From Deltaproteobacteria bacterium (GTDB lineage Bacteria; CG2-30-53-67), in NCBI GenBank assembly GCA_013151235.1, contig JAADIO010000024.1, forward strand, positions 1 through 32,452: 32,452 nucleotides of DNA. Direction: 5' to 3'. Positions 9,531-17,450 of this stretch are shown here, in pieces; position 1 is the stretch's first letter, and the number at the start of each line of letters is the position of its first letter. The translations under genes were made by a program, and so were the position numbers. The notes beneath the pieces were generated by a model. It saw only the letters and a list, made by a program, of their open reading frames with translations. It had not been told where the DNA came from and did not search any database.

Positions 9531-9935
9531 TTATTTTTCCTCTTCTATGTGGGTTTCCGCCCAGGCGACTACCAATTCGGCCTTTTGCAAGGCGTCTCTG
9601 AATTCGTCTTCGGTCACGGGTTCAGCAGGGCCGGGGTAACGGGACTCGACTGCGTAGTTTGTTAACTCGGCCGCAGCGTGGATATTGTCGGGTATAGGGA
9701 TTCCATGATTTGTGATTGAGGTCAATAACTCAGCAAGATCATGTACGAACCGGAAGGGGATGTCATGTGCAATCAGTATGGCCTTCAGGGATTTTTCGGC
9801 GGCCTGCTGGGCGTCAAAGCAGAGATCTTCCCAGAAGATCTCTGCTGTCTTGGGCTGTTTGGCACGGGCGAGGTTGCTCTTGGCTCGCTTGATCCATTCC
9901 CGAGCAGATCCGATCCCTTCGGAGTCAGGCGGCAT
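9531..9935 (-). CDS. HEPN domain protein (partner/putative toxin of MNT-HEPN module)
   Basis: CFDAQQAAEKSLKA, HDLAEL and RYP motifs of the PF05168-type HEPN. ATG 9935 (MPPD) follows a GGAGG RBS and overlaps the MNT stop. Confidence 0.9.
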   Translation of the reverse strand: MPPDSEGIGSAREWIKRAKSNLARAKQPKTAEIFWEDLCFDAQQAAEKSLKAILIAHDIPFRFVHDLAELLTSITNHGIPIPDNIHAAAELTNYAVESRYPGPAEPVTEDEFRDALQKAELVVAWAETHIEEEK

Positions 9936-10248
9936 AGAGCAACCTCCCATTTTTCAATGCAGGTTGGATGATCATGCCGACGTGATCCTTGAATTTCTCA
10001 ATATCATCCTCGGTGACTACGATAATGTCTGCGGCAAAGCCGACTCCCACCAGGTTACGGTAAATCTTCTGAGCGCTTTTCCGCCTATGCTGACCTGAAG
10101 CGACTACTACCAAAAGATCCAGATCACTGTTCGGTCCCATTTCGCCACGTACTGCCGAGCCGAAAAGAATAATTTTTCTGGGATTTGCTGTGCTGATAAT
10201 ACGTGCAACTATTTGGTCTATAATTCTCTCTATAGGCATATTCTTCAT
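9925..10248 (-). CDS. Minimal nucleotidyltransferase (MNT) antitoxin
   Basis: KIILFGSAVRGEMGPNSDLDLLVV (GSx10DxD), 107 aa, coupled to the HEPN gene. Confidence 0.92.
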   Translation of the reverse strand: MKNMPIERIIDQIVARIISTANPRKIILFGSAVRGEMGPNSDLDLLVVVASGQHRRKSAQKIYRNLVGVGFAADIIVVTEDDIEKFKDHVGMIIQPALKNGRLLYAA

Positions 10249-10296
10249 GGATGCTCTCTTCTCATCGTCTGGAATCTCATCCGGAACTTTTGCATT

Positions 10297-10324
10297 ATTG
10301 TAATGTACTTTTTATAATAATCAA
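10297..10324 (-). promoter_or_regulatory. Sigma70-type promoter of the MNT-HEPN operon
   Basis: Minus strand TTGATT-N16-TACAAT in an AT-rich stretch about 50 bp upstream of the MNT start. Confidence 0.55.
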
Positions 10325-10414
10325 GCCTTTTCCGCGAGGGATGAACCTGGGGCCGGGCTTTTATGTTCAAAATCCGGGAAAGTTCCATTGTCTGGCAATT
10401 GGAGATATGTTATA

Positions 10415-10511
10415 TTGACCCCGAAAGGGGTCAAGTCTGCTTTTGACTCTTCTTGCCGGGGGGAACACTCCAAGGTCCCCCCTCACTCCTTCGGTACACT
10501 CAGGACAGGCC
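10415..10511 (+). repeat. Composite palindromic repeat A, copy 2
   Basis: Begins with the perfect hairpin TTGACCCC-GAAA-GGGGTCAA; near-identical to 9341-9434. Confidence 0.95.
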
Positions 10512-10671
10512 CTTCGGCGTTTCGTCCGATCTCCGTTCACCCTTCGACCGGCTCAGGGCGAACGGTGTAAGTGATTGATATTCCGTTCGTGTGGTTCAAC
10601 CGGCTTCCGAGCATGGTGAGCTTGCCGAACCACATGCTCAGGACAGGCCCTTCGACCGGCTCAGGACAGGC
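10488..10671. repeat. Cluster of short REP-like B repeats (CCCTTCGACCGGCTCAGG[ACAGGC/GCGAACGG] and TGGTTCGGCAAGCTCACCATG variants)
   Basis: Copies at 10488-10510, 10540-10565, 10636-10648 (partial) and 10648-10671; an inverted relative at 10612-10632; hairpin ccgttcaccct...agggcgaacgg at 10533-10565. Confidence 0.85.
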
Positions 10672-10691
10672 CCGCTTTTCTTTCCCGGCGG
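10661..10691 (+). repeat. 31-bp direct repeat C, left copy
   Basis: tcaggacaggcccgcttttctttcccggcgg, identical to 11439-11469. Confidence 0.95.
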
Positions 10692-10752
10692 AGGAGAAGG
10701 AAGAGTAGATCGGAAGATTGAGCCTCTCCTCACCAAAAGATATTTTTAATCC

Positions 10753-10790
10753 TTGACATCCTGTACTTTCGTAATTACAATGTAGATACA
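10753..10790 (+). promoter_or_regulatory. Sigma70 promoter and putative antitoxin operator of mazEF
   Basis: TTGACA(10753-58)-N17-TACAAT(10776-81), with overlapping GTAATTAC and TGTAGATACA palindromes. Confidence 0.8.
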
Positions 10791-10812
10791 TGCCAGATAG
10801 GGGAGCTGAATC

Positions 10813-11067
10813 ATGAGAGCACGTGTTGTGAAAATAGGCAATTCCCAGGGGATCCGCATTCCGAAACCCATTCTTGAGCAGACAGGAATCATGGAGGATG
10901 TTGAGCTTAGGGTTGAGAAGGATCAGATTATTATTCGTCCGGTCCCGGATCCAAGGGCCGGTTGGGATGCGGCTTTCAAATCAATGTCCGAGAAAAATGA
11001 TGATGTGCTGATTGACGGGGACGAAAATATCTCACATTCCTGGGATGAAGAAGAATGGCAATGGTAG
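10813..11067 (+). CDS. mazE: AbrB/MazE family antitoxin
   Basis: VVKIGNSQGIRIPK swapped-hairpin motif; acidic C-terminus WDEEEWQW; overlaps the toxin start. Confidence 0.93.
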   Translation: MRARVVKIGNSQGIRIPKPILEQTGIMEDVELRVEKDQIIIRPVPDPRAGWDAAFKSMSEKNDDVLIDGDENISHSWDEEEWQW

Positions 11068-11384
11068 TCAAGAGGTTTGATGTCTATTTGGTCAATCTCG
11101 ATCCGACGGTTGGATCTGAGATCCGGAAAACCCGGCCCTGCTTAGTGATCTCACCTGATGAAATGAACAGACATATCCGGACCGTCATTGTTGCTCCGAT
11201 GACTACGGCAGATAAGGACTATCCCACACGGGTGCCATGCAGGTTTCAGAAGAGAAATGGGCGAATCGTCCTGGATCAGATTCGAACAATAGACAAGACA
11301 CGACTTTTGAAAAAGACGGGTTCTATTAATGCCGATACCCAGGTAGAGGTTATTTCCGTTTTGCAACGGTTATTTGCATTTTAG
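11061..11384 (+). CDS. mazF: PemK/MazF family endoribonuclease toxin
   Basis: DVYLVNLDPTVGSEIRKTRPCLVIS, IVAPMT, LDQIRTIDK. Start is 11055 or 11061. Confidence 0.95.
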   Translation: MVVKRFDVYLVNLDPTVGSEIRKTRPCLVISPDEMNRHIRTVIVAPMTTADKDYPTRVPCRFQKRNGRIVLDQIRTIDKTRLLKKTGSINADTQVEVISVLQRLFAF

Positions 11385-11438
11385 TGGCGGAGGCAAAGGG
11401 GTCTGCTTTTGGCTTTTGTTGACGGTACTGAACCCAGA

Positions 11439-11469
11439 TCAGGACAGGCCCGCTTTTCTTTCCCGGCGG
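11439..11469 (+). repeat. 31-bp direct repeat C, right copy
   Basis: Identical to 10661-10691. Confidence 0.95.
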
Positions 11470-11479
11470 GGAGAGGGGG

Positions 11480-11571
11480 CGAAAGGGGTCAAGTCTGCTC
11501 TTGACTCACATTGCCGAGGGGGATACTCACAAGCCCCCCTCATCACGGCCTTCTCCCCGGCGGAGAGAAGG
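11480..11571 (+). repeat. Composite palindromic repeat A, copy 3 (more diverged)
   Basis: cgaaaggggtcaagtctgctcttgactcacattgccgagggggatactcacaagcccccctcatcacggccttctccccggcggagagaagg. A further deleted partial copy (aaaggggtctgcttttggctttt) lies at 11395-11417. Confidence 0.9.
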
Positions 11572-12098
11572 AGCAACCGAACGGTCCAGGTGATCTTCCC
11601 TCCGTACCCCTGCCGGGAGCACGCGGCGCTCAACCTCCTGGATCCTGCGATGTTCCATCCACCTTCTTTTCTATGAAAGGTTGTCTCGGTATTGGGATCC
11701 ACTTCACAACCGAACGGCCCCTGTGCCTGTTATGAGCAAAGCAAAGGATTATGGGATCGATGCCGAGGGCAAACAGGCGTTATTTGCCGGGCGATCTATA
11801 AAAGTATGGCAGCTCACACATCGGTTCCACGCAGCCGAGGATCACGGCTTTCTTCCGGCAAAAACGTCAAAAATACTTCTAACAATTTCTTGAATCTTTC
11901 TTCCCTTTTTGATACATTGTAGATAACCCGAATTTGCAGAGTGTGATCTTGCTTCCGGTTTTATGTATTGATCAGCAACCAGTTTTAGGCGGCCCTTTGG
12001 GGCAGGATTCTGACGTGTTCTGATCCATGCAAAACCGGCAATCCCCCCGGGTTTTTGAGCGTTCTGATGTGATAAGTTTTCCACGGAAGGTTTTTCTC

Positions 12099-14024
12099 TT
12101 GGAAAAAACCAGGATCGCCCATTATATCAAACCGAAACATCTGCAGGATCTTCTACGGAGGAATGCTGCTTTTCTTGAGGTTCCCCTCGTCCTGCGCGAT
12201 GACGATGGAAATGTGATTGCCGAATTTCCCGACAATGCCTTTTCCTCTTCGAATGCCGAATCCATGGAGATCTGTCCCGTTTCGGTGCGGGGGAAACTGC
12301 TCGGCACTCTGTCGGGGTACGGCAATCCGCCTTTTACTGGTGAACGTCTTCGGAAGGCGCTGAAAAACGTTGTGGCGCATCTGACCGATCTGATCCTCTG
12401 TGAGGTAAAACTCGACAGCATGTCGGAGGAACTTCTCCACAACTACAAGGTGTTAAATCTTTTTTATAACGTCAGCAACTCTTTGGTCAATATCCTGAAT
12501 GTCCGGAAGGTCTGTAATATTATTCTGGAGCGGATTGTTGCAACGATCGGGCTTTCCAAGGCCTCGGTCCTTCTTCTGGACAAGACCCGGGAAAACCTTA
12601 TGGTTGTGGCCCATAAAGGACTTCCCGAGGATGAGGTGGAAAACATACTTTTTCCGTTATCGGAAAGTGTCTGCAAGGATGCGATCCTGAAGGCCAAGCC
12701 GCTCTTTATCCAGAACATTGATCACTATCCGGGGTTGAAGGATCGATCCCGGGGGGAATACCGTTCCAACTCTTTTATCTCCGTACCGATCCTGAAGAGC
12801 AGCCGCCGGGAGAGCCAGGAGGTTTTAGGGGTGATCAACGTGGCCGACAAGTCTTCCGGCGACCCCTTCTACTCGGGCGACATGAAACTGATCGTTGCCC
12901 TGACTTCTCTGGCTGCCATGTCGATCCAGAATGCCACGTACTTTGAGGAGGTGGCGCGCACCAAGGAGGAGTGGGAAAGTACTTTTGACGCGATTACCGA
13001 TGCCGTCGCAATTCTGGATCACCGATTTCATCTTGTGAAAGTCAACAAGGCCTACCGGAACAGCGGGTTCGGGGGCGGAAAGAACCTGGCGGAGAGGACG
13101 TGCCATGAGATCTTATATCACAAAAAGGCCCCCTGTGCCGGTTGCCCGGCGACGGAAACCCTGAAGAAGGGGAAACCGGCTTATGCGGAAAAGAAGGTGG
13201 GCAGCCGGATCTACCGGCAGTGGACCTATCCGATGTTTGACGACGAAGGAAAGTGTTTGTCGGTGGTCATGTATACCCGGGATGTGACGCATCTCAAGAA
13301 GCTCAAGGAGCGGCTCATCCAGTCGGAGCGGATGGCCTCTATCGGCCAGATTGCCGCAGGTGTGGCCCACGAGATCCGAAATCCCCTGGGCTCCATTGTG
13401 ACGGCGGTGGAGGTCCTCTCGTCTGAGGGCGGGACGGATGAGGAGAATGCCTTTACGTTGACGGAGGTCCTCAAGGTGGAGGCCCGGCGGTTGAACGATA
13501 TTATCTCCGAGTTCCTGCTCTATGCGGCTCCGCAGCAGCCGGTCCTCAAGGAGAATCATCTCAATCGTGTGATCGGAGAGGTGATCCGGATGGCTGAAGG
13601 TGAAGCAAAAAAGAACGGCGTTGCCATTGTCATGGATCTGGATGACCGGATTCCTTCCACCTCCTTTGATGCCGGAAAGATCAAGCAGGTGATCTGGAAC
13701 CTCGTCATTAACGGGATCCAGGCGATGCGGGCGGGGGGCACACTGAAGATCAGCTCTCACCGGAGGGCCGACGGAATTGAATTTCGTGTTTCCGACGAGG
13801 GGGAGGGGATCCGGCAGAAAGACGTCACCCGAATCTTCGATCCTTTCTATACGACCAAGTCTTCGGGAACGGGTTTGGGGCTTTCGATCGTGAACCGGAT
13901 TGTTGAAGACCATCACGGAAGGATTGAGATTGAAAGTGAAGAGGGAAAAGGCGCGGAATTTATCGTACAGCTTTTGCTGGGGAATGAAGAATCGTATCTG
14001 GAAACGGTGGGAATGAGAGGATAG
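12099..14024 (+). CDS. Soluble sensor histidine kinase (PocR-like N-terminus, GAF, PAS, HisKA, HATPase)
   Basis: H-box AAGVAHEIRNPL, N-box QVIWNLVINGIQA, DEGEGI, FYTTK, GTGLGL; GAF motif SFISVPI...LGVINVADK; no TM segments. Probable TTG start at 12099 after GGAAGG (the ORF track starts at 12027). Confidence 0.9.
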   Translation: MEKTRIAHYIKPKHLQDLLRRNAAFLEVPLVLRDDDGNVIAEFPDNAFSSSNAESMEICPVSVRGKLLGTLSGYGNPPFTGERLRKALKNVVAHLTDLILCEVKLDSMSEELLHNYKVLNLFYNVSNSLVNILNVRKVCNIILERIVATIGLSKASVLLLDKTRENLMVVAHKGLPEDEVENILFPLSESVCKDAILKAKPLFIQNIDHYPGLKDRSRGEYRSNSFISVPILKSSRRESQEVLGVINVADKSSGDPFYSGDMKLIVALTSLAAMSIQNATYFEEVARTKEEWESTFDAITDAVAILDHRFHLVKVNKAYRNSGFGGGKNLAERTCHEILYHKKAPCAGCPATETLKKGKPAYAEKKVGSRIYRQWTYPMFDDEGKCLSVVMYTRDVTHLKKLKERLIQSERMASIGQIAAGVAHEIRNPLGSIVTAVEVLSSEGGTDEENAFTLTEVLKVEARRLNDIISEFLLYAAPQQPVLKENHLNRVIGEVIRMAEGEAKKNGVAIVMDLDDRIPSTSFDAGKIKQVIWNLVINGIQAMRAGGTLKISSHRRADGIEFRVSDEGEGIRQKDVTRIFDPFYTTKSSGTGLGLSIVNRIVEDHHGRIEIESEEGKGAEFIVQLLLGNEESYLETVGMRG

Positions 14025-14029
14025 CCGGA

Positions 14030-15769
14030 ATGGGAAAGATTTTACTGGTGGATGACGATCAAAGCGCTCGGGTGACACTCTCCATTGCACTGAAAAGTGC
14101 GGGGTTCTCCGTCGAGATTGTCGATAACGGACGCAAGGCTCTGCAGCGGCTCGGTGAAGACAGTTACGAATGGGTGATTTCCGATGTCAACATGCCGGAT
14201 CTGGACGGTGTGGAACTGGTCCGAAAGATCCGGGAGCAGGATCACGAGATCCGGATTGTTCTGATCAGCGCCTTCCGCTCTCCCGATGAGATTCAGGGAT
14301 TGCAGATTCAGGGGTTTCTCGAAAAACCGATCAACGTCCGGAAACTTTATGCAATTCTGCGCAATGAACCGGTTTCGGAGGAAGAGGAGTTTGCACCCCG
14401 GATCAATCGGACGAGCAGTGAGTTCCTGCATGAAGAAGACCGGAGGTCGAAAGATCCGGAAATCATTCAGTTCAAGGATGAGATGGAAAAACAGGAGTTC
14501 GAAAAGATGAGTTTTAATGTCTACGAACTTCTGGAAAAGAAGGTCGAAGAACGAACGCAGGAACTCTTAGAAAAGCAGCGAAATCTCGAAGACGCCTATT
14601 ATGAATTGCGGAAGACAAAGCGGTATCTGGAAAACCTGATTGATGCCTCTCCGAATTGCATTATCTCTACGGATATCGAGATGGGAATTCTCAGTTGTAA
14701 TACGGCGGCCGAAGAGACCTTCGGCTATACCCGGGATGAACTCTTGGGACAGAGCATGGCCGCCCTTCGAGCGCCGGAGGCGGAAGAGATGAGTCATGAA
14801 ATTTATGCCCGGACTCTGGAGGCGGGGAGCTGGACCGGTGAGATCGCGGGGCGACGGCGTGACGGAGAGGTTTTCCCCTTGTCCCTCGTGACCTCCCGGG
14901 TTGTGGATGAAGAGGGAAGAATCATCGCGATCCTGGAGATGTCCCGGGAGATCACGGAAGAGAAAAAGATGGAGCAACAGCTCCTCTATGCGGAAAAGTT
15001 GAGTGTGTTAGGGCAGCTCGCACCGAAGATTGCTCATGAAATTAATAACCCGCTCCATGTGATTTCCGCGAATGCCCAACTCGGTTTGATGGTGATCGAC
15101 GACAAGGAAAAGGTCCGGTCCTGCCTGCACAAGGTCTTCAACGAAACGGATCGAATCGAGCATTTGACCCGGCAGTTAATGGATGTTGCCCGGCCCACGG
15201 AATTGAACATCCGAGAACTCTCGGTGGTGGATCTTCTCGAAAATGCGCTCCTTTTTCTGAGGGACGTGGGGGAAATCAAGCGGTTGGAGGTTCACAAAGA
15301 GTACAGTGAGAGGCTTCCGAAGATCCATGCCGATCAGGCCCAGATGGAGCAGGTTTTTCGAAATCTGATACTCAATGCTTCGCAGGCGATGGAAGAATCG
15401 GCAGAGAAGTGTTTGACGGTGGCTGTGCGTCCGGCGGAGGATTCAGACTTTATTGAGGTTCTGATTTCCGATACGGGGTGTGGGATCCCGGAAGAATACA
15501 GGGAACAGATCTTTGAGCCCTTTTTTACCACGAAAAAAGTCGGCAAGGGGAACGGGCTCGGTATGCCGATCATCCGGGGGATTGTCCAGCGGCATCAGGG
15601 ACGGATCGAGGTGGAAAGTGAAGTGGGCGCCGGTTCGACGTTCCATATCTTTCTTCGAGTGAATTGCAGCGGGCGGGCGGACCCATTGTCCGCCGGAACG
15701 CATCATGGCAGGATGCCGGATGCCGGCGAAGAGAAGGTGGGAGCAGGGATCGGATGGAACCGGGAATGA
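14030..15769 (+). CDS. Hybrid REC-PAS-histidine kinase
   Basis: N-terminal receiver (ILLVDDD, ISDVNMP, EKP), coiled coil, PAS (NTAAEETFGYTRDELLG...WTGEIAGRRRDG), H-box AHEINNPL, GNGLG. Confidence 0.92.
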   Translation: MGKILLVDDDQSARVTLSIALKSAGFSVEIVDNGRKALQRLGEDSYEWVISDVNMPDLDGVELVRKIREQDHEIRIVLISAFRSPDEIQGLQIQGFLEKPINVRKLYAILRNEPVSEEEEFAPRINRTSSEFLHEEDRRSKDPEIIQFKDEMEKQEFEKMSFNVYELLEKKVEERTQELLEKQRNLEDAYYELRKTKRYLENLIDASPNCIISTDIEMGILSCNTAAEETFGYTRDELLGQSMAALRAPEAEEMSHEIYARTLEAGSWTGEIAGRRRDGEVFPLSLVTSRVVDEEGRIIAILEMSREITEEKKMEQQLLYAEKLSVLGQLAPKIAHEINNPLHVISANAQLGLMVIDDKEKVRSCLHKVFNETDRIEHLTRQLMDVARPTELNIRELSVVDLLENALLFLRDVGEIKRLEVHKEYSERLPKIHADQAQMEQVFRNLILNASQAMEESAEKCLTVAVRPAEDSDFIEVLISDTGCGIPEEYREQIFEPFFTTKKVGKGNGLGMPIIRGIVQRHQGRIEVESEVGAGSTFHIFLRVNCSGRADPLSAGTHHGRMPDAGEEKVGAGIGWNRE

Positions 15770-15843
15770 TTTTTCAACGGTGACGGGGTACGATCCGGAT
15801 GCGATGTGACGAGAAGCACAAAAACGGAGACCGGAGGAACAGG

Positions 15844-17244
15844 ATGAGCAAGGAAAAGATTCTGGTAGTGGATGATGAGCCGGGTGCGGTGGAAGTCCTG
15901 GTCGGAATGCTGGAGCAGGAAGGTTACCAGGTTGTGTCGGCACAAAACGGCGAAGAGGCCTTCGGGATTCTTCGTGAATCGGATTTTGATCTGGTCCTGA
16001 CCGACCTGAACATGCCCAAACTGGACGGGATCGAACTGCTGCAGAAGATCCGGGAAGTCAATTCCGGGCTGCTCTGTATTGTCCTGACCGGTTGCGGGAC
16101 CGTAGACAATGCCGTGGCGGCCATGAAGGCAGGCGCCTATGATTATATTACCAAACCGTTCAAGATTGATGAGCTCTCTCTTTCCGTGAAACGTGCTCTG
16201 GCGTTTCATACGATGAAACGCCAGAATCGGAACCTGAGACGGTTGGTCGGGAAAGAATACAAGTTCAAGAATTTTGTCGGGGATAGCGATGAAATGCAGA
16301 AGGTCTTCAGCCTCGTCGAGAAGGTCGCGGATACCGATTCCACGGTCCTGATCCAGGGCGACAGCGGTACCGGCAAGGAACTCGTGGCCCGTGCGGTTCA
16401 TTTTAACAGCCACCGTTCCGACGGTCCTTTCATCCCGATCAACTGCGCGGCGATTCCCCGCGATCTGTTGGAAAGTGAACTCTTCGGCCATGTCAAAGGG
16501 GCCTTTACCGGGGCGACCCTTTCCCGGCCCGGTCGTTTTGAGCTGGCCGACGGGGGGACGCTCTTCCTCGATGAAATCGGTGAAATGCCTCCGGAACTTC
16601 AGGTGAAACTCCTGCGAATTCTTCAGGATCAGCAGTTTGAGCGGGTCGGTGGCACCCGGACCCTCCATGTCAATGCTCGCATCATTGCAGCCACCAACAA
16701 ACACCTTGAAGAAGAAGTTGAAAAAGGAAGATTTCGGGAGGACCTCTTTTACCGGTTGAATGTGATCCCGATCCGGATTCCTCCTCTCCGGCAGCGGGTC
16801 TCGGATATTCCCCTCCTGGTTCATTTTTTCCTGGAACGATTCAACAAAATACGAAAAAGGAATCTCCATGGTTTTTCCAAAGATGCCATGCGGTGTCTGA
16901 CGAGCTATCCCTGGCCCGGCAATGTCCGGGAACTGGAGAACCTTGTAGAGAGAATGGTCATTCTGGCCGAAGGAGAGATCATCCGGTTGGAGGATCTCCC
17001 CGAGAAGTTCCATTCTCCCGTCAAGCCGCCGACTTCCCTGAATGCTTTTGCGCTGCCTGTCCAGGGCATTTCCCTGAATGATGCCGTAGAGGAATTTGAA
17101 AACGAGTTGATCCTCAAGGCGATGAATCATGTGGGGGGGGTCAAGAGCAAGGCCGCTAAACTCCTCCACCTCAACCGGACGACCCTTGTGGAAAAAATAA
17201 AGAAGAAAAAACTGAACGGTTGGGAGAGTGCCGAAACTGCCTGA
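15844..17244 (+). CDS. Sigma54-dependent response regulator, FleQ/FlrA-like flagellar master regulator candidate
   Basis: REC with intact Asp (LTDLNMP), Walker [15 protein letters not shown], and HTH RTTLVEK typical of FleQ/FlrA. ATG 15844 follows GGAGG. Confidence 0.9.
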   Translation: MSKEKILVVDDEPGAVEVLVGMLEQEGYQVVSAQNGEEAFGILRESDFDLVLTDLNMPKLDGIELLQKIREVNSGLLCIVLTGCGTVDNAVAAMKAGAYDYITKPFKIDELSLSVKRALAFHTMKRQNRNLRRLVGKEYKFKNFVGDSDEMQKVFSLVEKVADTDSTVLIQGDSGTGKELVARAVHFNSHRSDGPFIPINCAAIPRDLLESELFGHVKGAFTGATLSRPGRFELADGGTLFLDEIGEMPPELQVKLLRILQDQQFERVGGTRTLHVNARIIAATNKHLEEEVEKGRFREDLFYRLNVIPIRIPPLRQRVSDIPLLVHFFLERFNKIRKRNLHGFSKDAMRCLTSYPWPGNVRELENLVERMVILAEGEIIRLEDLPEKFHSPVKPPTSLNAFALPVQGISLNDAVEEFENELILKAMNHVGGVKSKAAKLLHLNRTTLVEKIKKKKLNGWESAETA

Positions 17245-17264
17245 TCCCCGTTGTGCCCCGTTTT

Positions 17265-17300
17265 ATGTCAAAGGAATGGCACAACCGCTCTCTTTGACAT
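17265..17300. promoter_or_regulatory. Inverted repeat, putative enhancer (UAS) for the FleQ-like activator
   Basis: ATGTCAAAG-N18-CTTTGACAT about 150 bp upstream of a sigma54 promoter; GTCA/TGAC half sites. Confidence 0.5.
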
Positions 17301-17450
17301 GAAGACCCTTCTCTGTCTGGTGCAAATCGATCCGTCCCCATCATCTTTTCGGATTTTTCTTTTTTTTCGACCTGTCCTAACTATCAATAAACACAATAGA
17401 AAAAGAGAAACCTTCAAAGATCCTTTCGTTCAAGCCTCTTTGCCTGCTCT

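Noticed and set aside
10415-10447. c-di-GMP-I riboswitch suggested by the GAAA-tetraloop hairpin near flagellar genes
   Set aside because: Lacks the GGCAAAC and GCAAAGC/P2 elements, and it is part of repeat A.
9341-11571. CRISPR array or integron attC array
   Set aside because: The intervals are ~1 kb and contain genes; there are no cas or intI genes in the window and no attC R''/R' core boxes were found.
9302-11735. Short ORFs containing GVKSA(L/F)xS (9302-9601, 10388-10570, 11374-11676) and PEPVEG (10537-10791)
   Set aside because: These are translations of the non-coding repeats, not a protein family.
15703-17169. 488-aa antisense ORF; likewise 13113-14090, 21506-22459, 25198-26718, 27016-28704 and 29948-30952
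   Set aside because: Shadow frames opposite well-conserved genes in GC-rich sequence, with no recognisable motifs.
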